Shown: positions 49,201 to 60,445 of the stretch, in pieces
Numbering within the stretch: the first letter of the stretch is position 1
Layout of the letters: each line of letters begins with the position of its first letter
Source of the DNA: Oopsacas minuta
Lineage: Eukaryota; Animalia; Porifera
Length of the DNA stretch: 64,000 nucleotides
Assembly (NCBI GenBank): GCA_024704765.1
Contig: JAKMXF010000341.1
Location: 62,001 to 126,000 of the forward strand
Direction of reading: 5' to 3'
The notes under the pieces: generated by a model
Seen by the model: the letters and a program-made list of their open reading frames with translations, nothing else
What the model was told of the DNA's origin: nothing
Database searches by the model: none
Translations under genes and position numbers: made by a program

Positions 49201-50954
49201 CAATTTTTCTACAATACGACAATATTGGGTATGGATATGGGCATGTCCTTAAGGAGAATATATCAAAGTACAAAATAAACTAACTTTGCAGAATGAGTTC
49301 CTGAATGATCCAAATCAGGTACCCTGTAACTCCATCCTCCGTATTTCTTACTGGTTCCTTTATTCCTGACGTAGTTATGTAGACGTAGAGAGAAAGAGCT
49401 TATAACTGCTTTCTTCAGTTGTAACACCTCTGTATCTTCATTCTCTGGATATCGTACCTTGCTATTAGATGGAAAATTAACAATACACTCAGTAGCGACC
49501 CTACTAGAAGGCCAGTTGTCGTCAAACAAACGGAAAACAGTGTAGACTTCTTCCCGTAGGAATTTCAGGGACAGGATTACAGAATTCACTATTCATAAGC
49601 ACTAGTAAATTAATGATTCACCTGATTAGTCCATCTTGTCGCTGATAGAATGAGAACCACTGAGAGAAATTCAGGTTATGCTCAGTCATTTCATGACTTT
49701 GCTCTCCGGCTTGTACACTTATCACACTTGTATCAGTGAGTCGAACATGTACCGAGGTGCAGTTGAGAGTTCCAAATAAATCCTCTCGCATTAATACACC
49801 TTCTTTCTCTTCACATTGACTAACTGCATATCCGGAGAGGAAAGCTCTCGCGGTAAAGAAGAACCTGTCTACATCTTTTAAAGTTATCTAATAACATAAA
49901 CACAATAGAACTCAGATAAGACGTACTCCCTATGGAAATAAAATTAGTACCTACTAACCGAAGTATATCTTAAGGGTACAGCCGAAATCGTTTTTTTTGC
50001 CCAAAAAATGCATGAAAAAGAGGCAAAATAATCCGTTTCAACGAGTAAACCAATTTATGCTTTTAGGGCGAAATTCTTAGACTTTATGTTCATCGAATTA
50101 GTCCAGTACAGAGTCAGAAACAAGAAAAATCGATATTAACTAAACAATTAACAATATTTAATCATTTGATAAATGAAAATTGCACTCTTGATCACTTAAC
50201 ATATGAAAAAGAGAAAGAAACAGAGACGCAAAATAACCAGAAATAATGCATTAAAATTATACTTTTTTATATGATTAAGTTATCAAAACCTGATAGAAAA
50301 AAATTAAACAACCAATTAAGTTTTGTATTTATATTGTATTTTGGGAGAAACAAGCAATTGCAAGGAGGCAAAAATAAAATTACCCAGCGGCGCCAATTAA
50401 TTATACAAATATACATATCACAATTACGACTGTACTAACCGAGTTCTACTGTTACAATATTATATTATGAGTAGCAAACAGAAAATATTATCAACTACCT
50501 AAAACATATACAACTTCTACAAAATGACGCGAATTCCTTAGTTCGAAACTATCACTCTTCATGAGAACATGAAATTTACAAACACACAGATTGGGACTGC
50601 GGACGGTATTTTATATTGTATATGCAGGGTTGCCATGGGAATGCGAATTGGAATTCCGTTCCCACGGCACCTGTGTGTTTGGGCCAATGACATATTTGGG
50701 ATCTGTTGTCTCATTACATTATTTATGGGGATAAAAATTGAATATTTCAGTTACACAAGTATATAAGTAAAATATGGGTTTCTCTATCTGCGATCAAAAT
50801 TATTCTCAAAATTGTTAAAATACCAACTCCTTACCTCTGCAGAGTATGAGTATTCATACTGTGAACCCACCAAGAACGGGGTAGGGGTAATCTCTGTCCT
50901 TCCAGTACGGATAAGAAATAGAATAATGAAGATAAGAAGTGAATGCTTTGTCAT
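21281..50954 (-). CDS. Giant type I membrane protein (~5210 aa) with N-terminal vitellogenin/large lipid transfer module, FN3-like array, PAN, cadherin-like and EGF domains; 20 exons
   Basis: Hand-assembled exons (minus strand): 50954-50835, 49887-49622, 49461-49285, 48402-48296, 48079-47838, 46963-46455, 46152-45945, 45462-40386, 40178-39863, 39597-39425, 38797-38142, 37827-37677, 36575-36124, 35709-35100, 34585-29376, 23544-23226, 23107-22780, 22611-22365, 22292-21949, 21401-21281. All introns are GT-AG, all phases match, and the total of 15633 nt is divisible by 3 and ends in TAG. The signal peptide MTKHSLLIFIILFLIRTGRT is at the start and a TM helix lies near the end. The 29376-23544 join crosses an assembly gap. 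Confidence 0.8.
21975..22052 (-). other. Transmembrane helix of the giant gene
   Basis: WIIAAITISCVLILILIAVLFILFFA is followed by basic KFRQSKPKR and preceded by two EGF-like Cys clusters. Confidence 0.9.
24052..26459 (+). CDS. hAT transposase (TTF-type zinc finger, DUF4371, hAT dimerisation domain), interrupted by assembly gap
   Basis: WY..FPWLHY...C..C zinc finger, MVDETTD, QCYDGASNM, CYGHALN and, after the gap, MPATNATSERSFSALRRLKTWLR. No stops in the sequenced parts. Confidence 0.9.
25193..26190. other. Assembly gap (run of N)
   Basis: 998 consecutive N. The poly-X ORFs in the track are artefacts of this gap. Confidence 1.
27019..28626 (-). CDS. Intronless 7-TM protein with gustatory-receptor-like (7TMIC) topology, 535 aa, nested in an intron of the giant gene
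   Basis: Seven hydrophobic segments. NQT/NST sequons in loops 1-2 and 3-4 and a highly basic loop 2-3 imply N-terminus-in topology. YYQLISKVNAI lies in loop 4-5. The C-terminus LSMDLFGIVTPSTVHLIIGFGSTTILIFVNE resembles the GR TM7a/7b region. The ORF is certain; the family call is moderate. Confidence 0.6.
   Translation of the reverse strand: MGNSHVKFPSENSQELLAQNFDNLSNNDVIINDVGNDDRIIDEEVVGNEDLSNAGRRIEGAKIFWFVPVLDLASCRMYPYISGCVTFNEGSYKSIRSIVLIMILCSCVLLQFLMFSAFLADLIFRPLLFIKIHTGMYPNQTHAGEYPNQTDNSLTSLVFTTNSQRYYHEYEDWFLFIWDYLYGLIGLYSTVFIFIHSWNNEAEFQGIVTLIKKIRQNKMEIRKEKSQLINVTKDEEGRGRRKRMDTERLHMCITCSDNRMQSFIDNIGWGLFHLCIIILSISLVVYWIVVNAIGCYANTNSTNLLTQDSDLALLLSIIDSIHWHLSPVIVCFIIRISCMEITTSLDCLCYAYASGLIREGRNEVKNLQRKYYQLISKVNAICMKYRRISAINITVLVFAAVGICLRYIDSDKIVSIDEFIMYDWLDFIRFSTWYLVHFLSVWLMVDAMSTLNKTLDNFSNEILLILAINKKQVNINEDIKKQLELCEMNNHRLSMDLFGIVTPSTVHLIIGFGSTTILIFVNEVTKVILEKIRIN
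36870..37185 (-). repeat. Tandem units (~140-150 bp) of a dispersed repeat family marked by GGATTCAGCGTA
   Basis: The motif recurs at ~36876, 37016 and 37168 with similar intervening sequence. Related copies occur elsewhere in the window. Confidence 0.75.
40775..40995 (-). other. PAN/apple domain in the giant gene
   Basis: KSIDDCVKECATFPDDCFSFNY....TCQILSE...FDYYER has the C-x3-C...C-x-S-F-x-Y...C-x-L pattern. Confidence 0.75.
42323..42500 (-). repeat. Coding 15-bp repeat (GNGTN)n
   Basis: NGNGTNGNG...NLTNGNGTNGNGTNGNGTNGNGTNGNGTNGNGDNG in exon 8 of the giant gene. Confidence 0.95.
43201..43305 (-). repeat. Coding (GAT)n poly-Asp tract with ENGDDD units
   Basis: DDENGDDDENGDDDENGDDDDDDDDDDDDDDDEE. 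Confidence 0.95.
43693..43998 (-). other. Degenerate peptidase M23/LECT2-like domain in the giant gene
   Basis: EGMQIEIPEGEALFAPVTG...IAIHHI...GININSGTTIGTV...VHLTM...GDPTSPAKFL follows the M23 pattern, but the HxxxD and HxH zinc ligands are not conserved. Confidence 0.6.
48102..48221. mobile_element. 120-bp Tc1/pogo-like MITE in intron 4 of the giant gene
   Basis: TA flanks, CAGTGGAACCTG / CAGTAGAACCTG ends. The interior is the inverted homologue of 61735-61889. Confidence 0.7.
48720..49188. mobile_element. Tc1/pogo-like MITE (host element), TA TSD
   Basis: 26-bp TIRs CAGTGGAACTTCGTTAATACGAACAC / CAGTGAAACTTTGTTAATACGAACAC (24/26) flanked by TA. Confidence 0.85.
48843..49119. mobile_element. 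277-bp hAT MITE nested in the pogo-like MITE
   Basis: TIRs CAGTGGCGGCGGAA / CAGTGGAGGCGGAA (13/14). Perfect 8-bp TSD ATACGAAC at 48835-48842 and 49120-49127. Confidence 0.92.
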
Positions 50955-51544
50955 CGAAATTAACACGAATAGTATCTATCATATAATCCGCGTTTCTATA
51001 AAAATAACATAATAATTATATAAACATCAAAATTCCGTGTGATTACATGATAAATAAGAAAATATATTCTTACATGAAGTAACTGATCAAAAAACAGTGA
51101 AGTTAAATGGTACAATACAAGACCTTCACTAATCTGAAGAATTTAGTATAAATTTATATTAGAATGCGAATTTGTTAGAGATATACCTCTAAAATGGTTA
51201 TAAAAGTCATAATGCGTATCCTAATTCATATAATGTCTAAGAAAGTATAGAATTGCGGTTTCAACGATCCAATGGTCCACTGGGTAAGCTACATATGACA
51301 TTTACATAGAGTAATTAGACATTGATATTAGATAAAAGCTTTTGTAAAATACGTATAACTGATAACCTACCTGCTGATTTATAAAGTATAATCCCTGGAT
51401 ACATTGCGGTATTTCTTGGAATTTATTCATTTCCTGGACGTATTTATAGAATAGAATTCTTGAATATTCTGAAAATTAGGAGATGAAATACTGAATTATA
51501 ATAATCTATATGATTAAATTGCTATTTTTGTCTAATTTCGCTAG

Positions 51545-51865
51545 ATTGACTGGACTATTTGTCCGTTGTCAATGATAGGATTTCTGGAATGCTATATTGA
51601 ATTCAAATTTCTCAATTCTGAGATGTCGCATAACTATGTATTTATCGTGTTAACTATGTATTTATCGTGTTAACTATGTATTTATCGTGTTTACCTAGAA
51701 AGTAAACAGAACAAAATAAAACTTGACTAAATAGATCGAATATGCTGAATCCGATTTTCACACTTTTGAATTAATTATATGTAAATTTATTTGTTGTATT
51801 TATGAATAGAAAGTAAACAAGTTAGCTAAATCTCAAAATACTGTTAGAGACTTGCTCTCAACAGC
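51545..51865 (+). repeat. Dispersed repeat family copy with internal 20-bp triplication (51631-51690)
   Basis: TAACTATGTATTTATCGTGT x3, then GCTGAATCCGATTTTCACACTTTTG core shared with ~60295. Confidence 0.85.
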
Positions 51866-54043
51866 TATAATGGGATTCTATAATCATACATATTTCAATA
51901 ATCTCATCAATAAGAATATTGCTTATCATTTTGAGAATATATACGTATGTCGTTGTAACCATAATATACTTCTTCGTAAAATACGAATAGCGAGAAGTTC
52001 GGGAGAACAATTAACAATCCGTCTGGGAAAGAATTGGAATAGTTAGCTTTCAATTAATCAAATTAATCATCGTTTTCTTAAACCAGTAAGAATATAATCC
52101 GTTATCTCTATTTGCCCCAAAGATTTACAGGTAAATAGCTTCAAGGTATGAATGACTAACACAACTTGCAGACATACTGAAGTTAAAATGTTGTCTTGCA
52201 CGTGGCTAACACCCTAGAATCTAAAGTATTACTAGAAGCAACAGAAAAAATTCAATGATTTTCGCAAAAAATGGTAAATTGCAAATTTTTGAGATTATGA
52301 TGACGGATAGAATAAATATGTATAATGTACTTGGATGTCTTATCTTATCTGAGTTGTTGATACCGATATGAAATGGAGTTAATCAAATTTCGAGAATTAC
52401 AAATTACAGGTATAAATACACACAAACAGATGGAAAAAGTAATCTGCAATGCTTTCAACTTACCAAATCGTTATCAAGCTGCGTCCACTCATAATATTTC
52501 CATATAGCAGCTCTCATCGTAACTTATTACATTTCACTAAAATATAAGATATCGGGTTGAAATCAAGAATCTACCAAACTTACCAACAGTAGGAGTTGAT
52601 TTCAATAAAGTTAGGACAAAATTACGGATAAAATCAACGATCTACAACTTAATTCTATTCCTTTCCATGTCAGAGCTGATTGCAAATATTCTACTCCAAG
52701 CAGTTGATATCAGCCAATTGGATTTAAATATTTATGTTACTCCAGCATAACAAAGAAACAAGCGATTGAGGTACCTATACCTGTCAGTATTGCGTAAATT
52801 ATAAATGTTAATTTGAGCATAGAAGAAGCGTTTTATAATCTGTTTCCTCTCAAAGTATTGGTATTTATTGGAGTGTAAACTAGCTGAATTCATGTTTCCT
52901 TTTAGCAATTTGTAGAATTTGTTTGAGGTATATAGATAAATACACATATCTACAAAACCAAATAACATCATTCTAGCTTCCTTGTTTCCTACCAGACATA
53001 TCTATTCCAAACAAACTCAAGAAATCATGGCCACAATTATAGATAATGTATTAATATTCGAGTAAATTTGCATGTTTATTATCGATGTGTTGTTCATTAC
53101 TATAAATATAGTATTCAGCATACAAATTATATATAATCTTATTAGAAAACGCAAGTAAAACAACGAAAAAATCTGCATTGACTCGCCCTCTCATGGATAA
53201 ATACTGAAAGAATATACACTCATATGATGAATGGAATACATAGGAGACGCTCAAAATATTCTGTATTAACTGACTCTGTATTTACTTGTCTTTGTTTTAA
53301 AATAAATTATCTACATTATTTCTTTTCTCTTCATGGTCTGACTTTAAATTAGATATTGGAGTGTTCAAATGTCATGCAACATAATTCAACCACCAAGCCC
53401 CAATTATTGTTACTCCACGTAATTCTTACCATAGGTAACTTTAAGTTTAACCTACGTTAAAGTTACTCCCTTCAGTTTAGATGTACCCTCGGGCATTATA
53501 AGTTCTAACTTATGTTTTCCATACCGTAATACAATTAAATAAGGTATCTAAAGTAAATAACGCATATGCTGCATTTTGAGTATCCATCATGCGTTCATCT
53601 CCTACTATCAGGGATGTCGGAAGACATGAAAAGTGAGGCGGCCCAAGCCGCCCCACCTCGAACGACCCTATCTACAATTAGCTCTATAATATATTTGAAT
53701 AATTAATTATACCTAGATATGGATGAGGACATGCTATAAGTAATAACCGATTGTGAACTATAGCGCTGATTGGAATCCAATTCTAAATGAAAATAACCAT
53801 ATTAGAATACAAATATCGTAATTCAGTATTTGTTAAGATGATATGAAAACTATTCCCTCATGAACCAGCCTTATGCTCTACTGATGACTACACCTTAACT
53901 ACATATCCTGTCCCATAAATTAATTAGATTTCTGGGATGGTAACATCCCGAAATATTCAGTTATGGAAATTTGGTAACGTATATAGTATAATACAATATA
54001 AACATAGAATACAGTCCTGCAATGCAAACATTCCCAATACAAA

Positions 54044-55174
54044 TCAGTTTATTTTCACTTGATTAGTCCCTTCAGTCGATTCACTCCTTAACAAACTTTG
54101 AGATTCCTGTTTATCATTTCTATTGAATATTCTTATCCCAAAGCATCTAAACCCCTTTACTTTGTCTCTGTATAACACATAATGTTGTAGAACGAATATT
54201 ATGTCAAAGCCAATTGAAATAACTCCTAACCAGAATTTGACAAAGTCTCCAAATATAGACAACCAATCATTGAAGTTGTAAGCTAGTATCACCATTTGTA
54301 GGACAGATAGGACACCTCCTGAGAAATCTAACCATATGCCTTCTATACTGAAGCCAACAGTAGATTTAGACCTGTAGTTCATCCACGCCTGTGGTGTATA
54401 CTTAATAACTGTTATAACAAGCTTTACATACGACATAACGTATATACAGTTCAGCCATGAAGTAACAGATACCACAGCAAGAATGCATGTAATTCCAGCT
54501 GCTAATAACAAAAAAATTAGTATTGTGCAAGCAATAGGTGATACATGCAATTTTCTACCATAGTATATGGTTTGTAATAGAATAACGAGTGATATGGCTA
54601 ATCCATGCAATGAGAATATGACGTCATTTAATCGAACAGGGTTAACTCCCCCTGGATGCAATGCCAAGTATTGATCCTGAATAAATGTAGACCAATATAG
54701 GGATACATTGAATGTAGAGTACGAGAAGTAACCAAGTATATTCATTAGCACATAATCAACACTGAATCCATCAATGCTCTTGCGAAGGAAATTTTGTACA
54801 ACTTGAGGATAGAACGAAATGCTCCAACAAAGGAAATACATCCATCCTATGCTATTAGATACCCATTGTAGGAAAGAGTAGTGTAGAACTGAAAATCTGA
54901 TATACTCACCATTAGGAAATTGTACAGGATAATTCGGTGAAAGTTGGTATACAGCTTTACCTGGCGAAAGTCCCCCAAAATATACATCAACAACAGAGTT
55001 TCCTGTTTGGAAAGAGGTGTTAGGAGGAAGAGACACAATTCTCGGGTGTCTCTCTTCCAAGGAAAAGAATGTTAATATTAGTGAAGAAGTTAAGTTTGCG
55101 ATAAATGTAAGATTACTAATCTCTCCGACAACTAACTGAGAACTGTATCTGTAGAAGATAGTATTGCTCGACAT
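54044..55174 (-). CDS. CTNS: Cystinosin, lysosomal cystine transporter, 376 aa (5' end possibly incomplete)
   Basis: IGWMYFLCWSISFYPQ, RKS..GFS.D, NPVRLNDVIFSLHG, KYTPQAWMNY..KST.GFSI..I.LDFSGG.LS.LQ and KF.LG.ISI.FDI.F..QHY.LY (two PQ loops). No clear signal peptide at the ORF start. Confidence 0.95.
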   Translation of the reverse strand: MSSNTIFYRYSSQLVVGEISNLTFIANLTSSLILTFFSLEERHPRIVSLPPNTSFQTGNSVVDVYFGGLSPGKAVYQLSPNYPVQFPNGEYIRFSVLHYSFLQWVSNSIGWMYFLCWSISFYPQVVQNFLRKSIDGFSVDYVLMNILGYFSYSTFNVSLYWSTFIQDQYLALHPGGVNPVRLNDVIFSLHGLAISLVILLQTIYYGRKLHVSPIACTILIFLLLAAGITCILAVVSVTSWLNCIYVMSYVKLVITVIKYTPQAWMNYRSKSTVGFSIEGIWLDFSGGVLSVLQMVILAYNFNDWLSIFGDFVKFWLGVISIGFDIIFVLQHYVLYRDKVKGFRCFGIRIFNRNDKQESQSLLRSESTEGTNQVKIN

Positions 55175-58100
55175 TTGTAGTTAAATATACTGTTTAAAAT
55201 AGCTAATACAGATGTACTGGCTTCATAGCCTATATATATATGTACGATGAGAGCAAGATAGTACAATAGATATGTAAATAATGATGGGTTTTGAATAGAG
55301 TACTTATTAAACACTTGAAAATGGGATAAAAAATACAAACACAAAGAATATTTAACTAGAATAGAAAAAATACTCAGTCATCGATATAAGTCAGTATTTA
55401 AATCCATAATATAACACCAACTCATTTATTAATTTTGTTGATATATTCTTATATTTATTTACTATTAATTATCAATTGTTGACTGTCAGTTCATCTGTTT
55501 GTTTGTATGTCTGATTTCAGAACATTGAAGGAGTGCGATCCAGGTGCGCGCTCATGTCTTGAAGAGCTGGGCCTGGAGCGAGCTCATTTTATGAATCAGG
55601 AGAGAAAAGTAGAGTGGCGCTCCATTGTTTGAGGACCGGGCACACTGGAGTGTGCTCCTGTCTGATAACAAGCAAAAATTTACAAATATCATCGTTATTC
55701 TGCATAAATTCAGTATTGTTGCTATAAAAGTGGTTGTTGGAACACTTTTTCATTATTCACAAGAATTACCATCTGCATTTATTGAAGTGGATTCACGTTG
55801 CAGATCTAGTATTTCCCGAATGTATGTACAACGTTCCAATTCAATCCTGATTACTACAATAGAACCTCTATAAGTGGGGGAGGTCGGGATGGCGAAAGCT
55901 CGGATTATTTGGATACAGGGCTCAGACTCTAATGAGTTCGGGCCTTCAAATACTGCAGAATCCCTGGTCTTTTCACAGAAAACTAATATTAAATTGCACA
56001 TCTCACGATTTTGAAGGTTTCCAGGTTGAGAACCCTGCGGATATGCCCCCATTCCCCACTTATAAATTCAATGGTAAATGTCCTTATATGAGAGTTTTAG
56101 AGTCAATTTTTAGCCACTTCCTCCAATGACTGTTTCTTCAAAGATATTTGACTTTTATAATATACCAGCCGCTTGGCTTGCTCGCGTTGCGCTGCTTGCG
56201 AACACTTTGTGTTCGAAAGCGGATTGACACTTTGCATAGCTCGTGTACTGATCCTAATGCGGATGCGCACAGGACTTTTAATACCTCAATTCTTCATAGA
56301 ATTATTTTTAAAAGATTCTCGCAATTCTGAGATGTCATATAACTATGTATTTATGGCGTTAAATAATCAGGAAATTAAATGGACCAAAATACGCTTATTC
56401 CGAATTTAGAATTGGAATATGAACTTAACTAAACATGAACAACCTAACTGCAGCCTTAAGGAACCGTCAATTTGGATAATAATGTATACCTCATCACAAA
56501 GCGCCTAGCTAAGGTTTCGTATATTACATTGTATACACGCCTGTGAATGTAACACTTCTCGGACTCTTACCTAAATATCCCGCTACCGAAATAAACAAAA
56601 ATATTTGAAAAAAGAGATAGTTGAAACATTTGAATACAGGAATTTGCATTACAAGTGTCTACAATAGTTTAATATTTCGAATCCACAGTTTCTCCATTGG
56701 GATTTTGAAACTCTGTCAGTTTAGCAATTTTCCTATGTTTGAGAATATTCTCTCTCTGTATAAAGAATGTTGCAATCCTTATTTAGGATGATATAATTCA
56801 TTCACTTCATTATGACTTATCTTGTGAAATGTGAGAATTATCGTAGATGTTAATACGATGAATATCAGTGCAGGTCAACACGAAGACTTCTTGGCACCTG
56901 GAATCTATAAAGTGTTACAAGCATTATCCAGTCTATAAAAACAATCTAAAACAGTCAAGCCGACATGCAATTGCAATGGTAATTTGGGAAGGAAGCGTAT
57001 TTCTGAAACATAGCGCTAGTCATATTAGATTGCAGCACAGATTGTATGCTGCCCCTATCTAATTGGTTAAATAAAATAATTGAATCTGACTATCCAAATG
57101 TTGTTACTATAGTCTCCTGACGAAATAATGAAATCCTTAATTGCCATCCCAGCGGTTTAGAATAGCTGATTGAGTTGTTTGGACAAATTTTGATTGGACA
57201 GTGAAAATAGCCTCTAATCTGCTGTATCAACTTCTTTGAACACATTTTTGCAGTCTTTGAGGCAGATTTTCGGTGAATAGCTCTATTCTTACCCCTTTAT
57301 GTTTCCCCAGTGCCTTATATCTGGGTTATTGAATTGACAAATTTAAAAGCAACAATTGGGACTTATCCCTACTTGAAGGCCTTTCGAACTTAATCCTACT
57401 TCAAATTCAGACTTAATCCCGCGACCCATCCGACTGTATACATTGTAAATGTAATACAAGTGAATTGATTAACAAGTAAAGTCCAATCATTACTAATTTA
57501 CTATTAAATAATGTAATTTGTGTTTATTCTCAATATTATTTCTATCTGTTTGTTGGTTTTCAAGGAAATGATCTATGGTAAGCTATATGAATTCAAATTT
57601 TGTAATTTCAAGATGTCCTATATATATATATATATTTAGCATGTGTTTATGAAAATATGAATAGATTTCGACAATTTAACCAGATTTATCGCATATGAAG
57701 AATTCGATTTTCACACTTTTGAATTAATCACGTGTAATGTATTTCTTACATTCCTGAATAAAAAAACAATCAAATTACCCACAAAGGTAAATTTTTTCCT
57801 GAAACATGTTTGAATGTAATACACATAAGCTGTACGAATTGGTATGGATGCTAAAAAGGAAATTATTGATTTATGGTAATCACAACAGACAGTTGTGTAT
57901 AATTATGAGAGTTAGCATAAAGTGCATGTATTTTTGCTTTTATTTACATAATATACTGAAAACCAGTGACTTAGATTAGTTAGAAATTTCATTGATATTT
58001 TCGTTTTATCAGGAATAATTTGAAGAAATCACAATGAGTCGAAAGTTGTACTTCATCTAGTATAGTATAGACTTAGATCAACATATCAGATATTATAAGT

Positions 58101-60139
58101 ATAATTAAAATTTACCATACATTTTCTCTTGTTTAGTATCGAACAACTCACATTTTTGTATCTTGATTAACGTCTTCAACAACAGCTCAACAGGTGGAGG
58201 TGGACCTTGGAGAATCTTGTACTTCTTGACAGCATCTTGCTTATTTCTATAAATCGTTAGTAAAATTCAACTTTCCTCTTCAAAGAGCTAGTAGTAAACT
58301 CATGGTCAGTACATCTAGAACAGACCCGTAGCCTCGATAATTGAAACGATCTGACCATTGAAAAATTTGAGAATGTTCAAAACTCAGAGCATACGTAGAG
58401 ACTAACTGGGTAAGTTTCGAATATTCAAGTTTATCTTTTGTTAATTTATAATGATTTTATTAAATATGCATAATTCAATTTCTGATGATATGTAGTAAAT
58501 ACGACCCCAATAAGAACAATTTGAAGCATAAAGTATACCGAGAAGCGAGGCGTAGAGAGACGAGTTTATAGCTAAGCCACGAGCCTCGTTATTAGTAGTT
58601 AATAATGAATAAATACATCAAAAAAGCAATCTATAACCTCCAAAAGGTATTCTACTCACATCATTAAAACCTATTAAGTCCAGACTTACGCTTGTATAAC
58701 AATTATTTGACTGCAATCCAATTTGTACGCTATCCTAAGTATATTGCTGTTATCTCCCAGCATGCTCGTGTTAACATGCAATTCCTTAGCAAACATAATA
58801 TAACATATACTAAATGTAATATTAGAGCATAAGGTAGACATCAGTGAATGGTTTGTCAATTATCTATTTCTTCCGCTTGAAACCAGATAGAAACAAGATT
58901 CTTCCAGGGTAGTGTGAATTATTGTATCTATACATTATAATAACATATTGATGATACTTTCCCCAAATCCTTTGTTAAGAGTATCATTCTGGCAAGTTGA
59001 GTTGGAGATTAGAAGAGATATCTTCGAATTGTTATTCGTTACTTGAATTACATTATCTAATGCCTCTTCTTATATGTTTATACTAAGATTCTTATAGATA
59101 GATAAATCTCAATGGTATGATAAACCTAGATAATTGAGTGTAACACGTGCAAATAGGTATTTAGTTATATACATTCGATTGTTATGCTGAAATAAATATA
59201 TGAGCCTTTGATCAAGGTAAGTGTAAGATTGATGTAGAAAATCGATTAATTGACTGGTGAATATAATTCCAATACACTCACTCTCGCGTATAATATACTT
59301 TGGTTTACAGTATTTATTAGAGAATTTTCTATCTGTGTATTGTCAAAATTTCAGGAACTTCTATATTTAGAATTCATTGAGTCTACTAAACAGATACTTA
59401 CAGCCATTTTGATTTAGATGCAATGTAATGATTTTAGAGATTCCTTATATATATAGCCGAGTTATAGTATAGTATAGTTTTTCACAATACAAAAACCCCA
59501 TACACTCAATCGAAAAGGTGACTTTCATTAATCCGAAAAAATGACCTTTCTTCGAAGATAGAAAAGCTAATACACAAAAACTGTACTATAGTATAGCTGA
59601 GCAATATACAAGTTAATTGATTATTGTATATATATGACTCACTACAATAATTACAAGCGATTGTAGCTGTCTGGATAGGAATCTCGTAGGTTGTGGGATC
59701 TCAGAGCTGCTATATCTTGAGGATTCACAATACATGTGGTATTTCATAAGTACATATGTCATTTGAGAGAATGAAGTCATACAGTATCTCGGAGGTATCC
59801 CAGCATATGTAATCAAAAGATCATATTCCATTACTCTCAAGTAACAAAATATGTTCATCCTTATGGCTACATTTACTACCCCTTCCAGTGAATTCGTCCA
59901 AACAAATATCTACCACTTTCGGTACAGTAACGACCTCTAAATTGATCAATATGTATTGATAAAATCACTAAAGTGTAAAAGGTATAAACGTATAGTACAA
60001 AACTATAAAATATGTTTTTATAGTTGAGGTATAATTAATATACCAAAATATACATTATGTATACCCATTAACTTGTCAGAATGGAAAGTGATATTTTATT
60101 ACAAAGGCCCTAGTACTTGTGGATATCAACATCGCAAAT

Positions 60140-60445
60140 CTATAATATTAAATCTCAATTGTTGTTTGTTTGTCCGTTGTCAAGGAAAGGATTTACAGTA
60201 TGCAATTTTGAAAAGGTCGCATAACTATGTATTTATCGTGTTTATCAAGGAAGTAAAATAATTCAATAAAACTGCACTAAATATATCGAACATGCTGAAT
60301 CCGATTTTCACACTTTTGGATTAATCATATGTAAATTTATTGTTGATTTATGAATATAAAGTAAACAAATTAGCAAATCATAAAATATACGTACAGGCTT
60401 GCTCTAAACGGCTACACAGGGGTAAGAAAGTACGCTGAATCCAAA
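60140..60445 (+). repeat. Dispersed repeat family copy (most complete)
   Basis: Shares its core with 20545-20830 and 51545-51865, and its 3' part with 7595-7705. Confidence 0.85.

Larger units (their letters stand above)
45300..50890 (-). other. Vitellogenin_N / large lipid transfer (LLTP) module of the giant gene (exons 1-8)
   Basis: FLVGSQYEYSYSAE start, E..EVLQLKKAVISSFS, DHSGTHSAKYEV, AVLALGAMSA, SLGNAG and LRRSAVHSLR follow the beta-barrel then alpha-helical pattern of vitellogenin/MTP/apolipophorin. Confidence 0.75.

Noticed and set aside
51631-51690. Short direct repeats considered as CRISPR-like
   Set aside because: Contiguous 20-bp triplication with no spacers, no cas genes, and a eukaryotic context.
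55520-56130. GC-richer tract with kinase-like words on the minus strand
   Set aside because: Multiple stops, and no HRD/DFG motifs found. Similarity is too weak to call.
58130-59900. Scattered exon-like fragments on the minus strand
   Set aside because: Frequent in-frame stops, no assemblable model and no family recognised.
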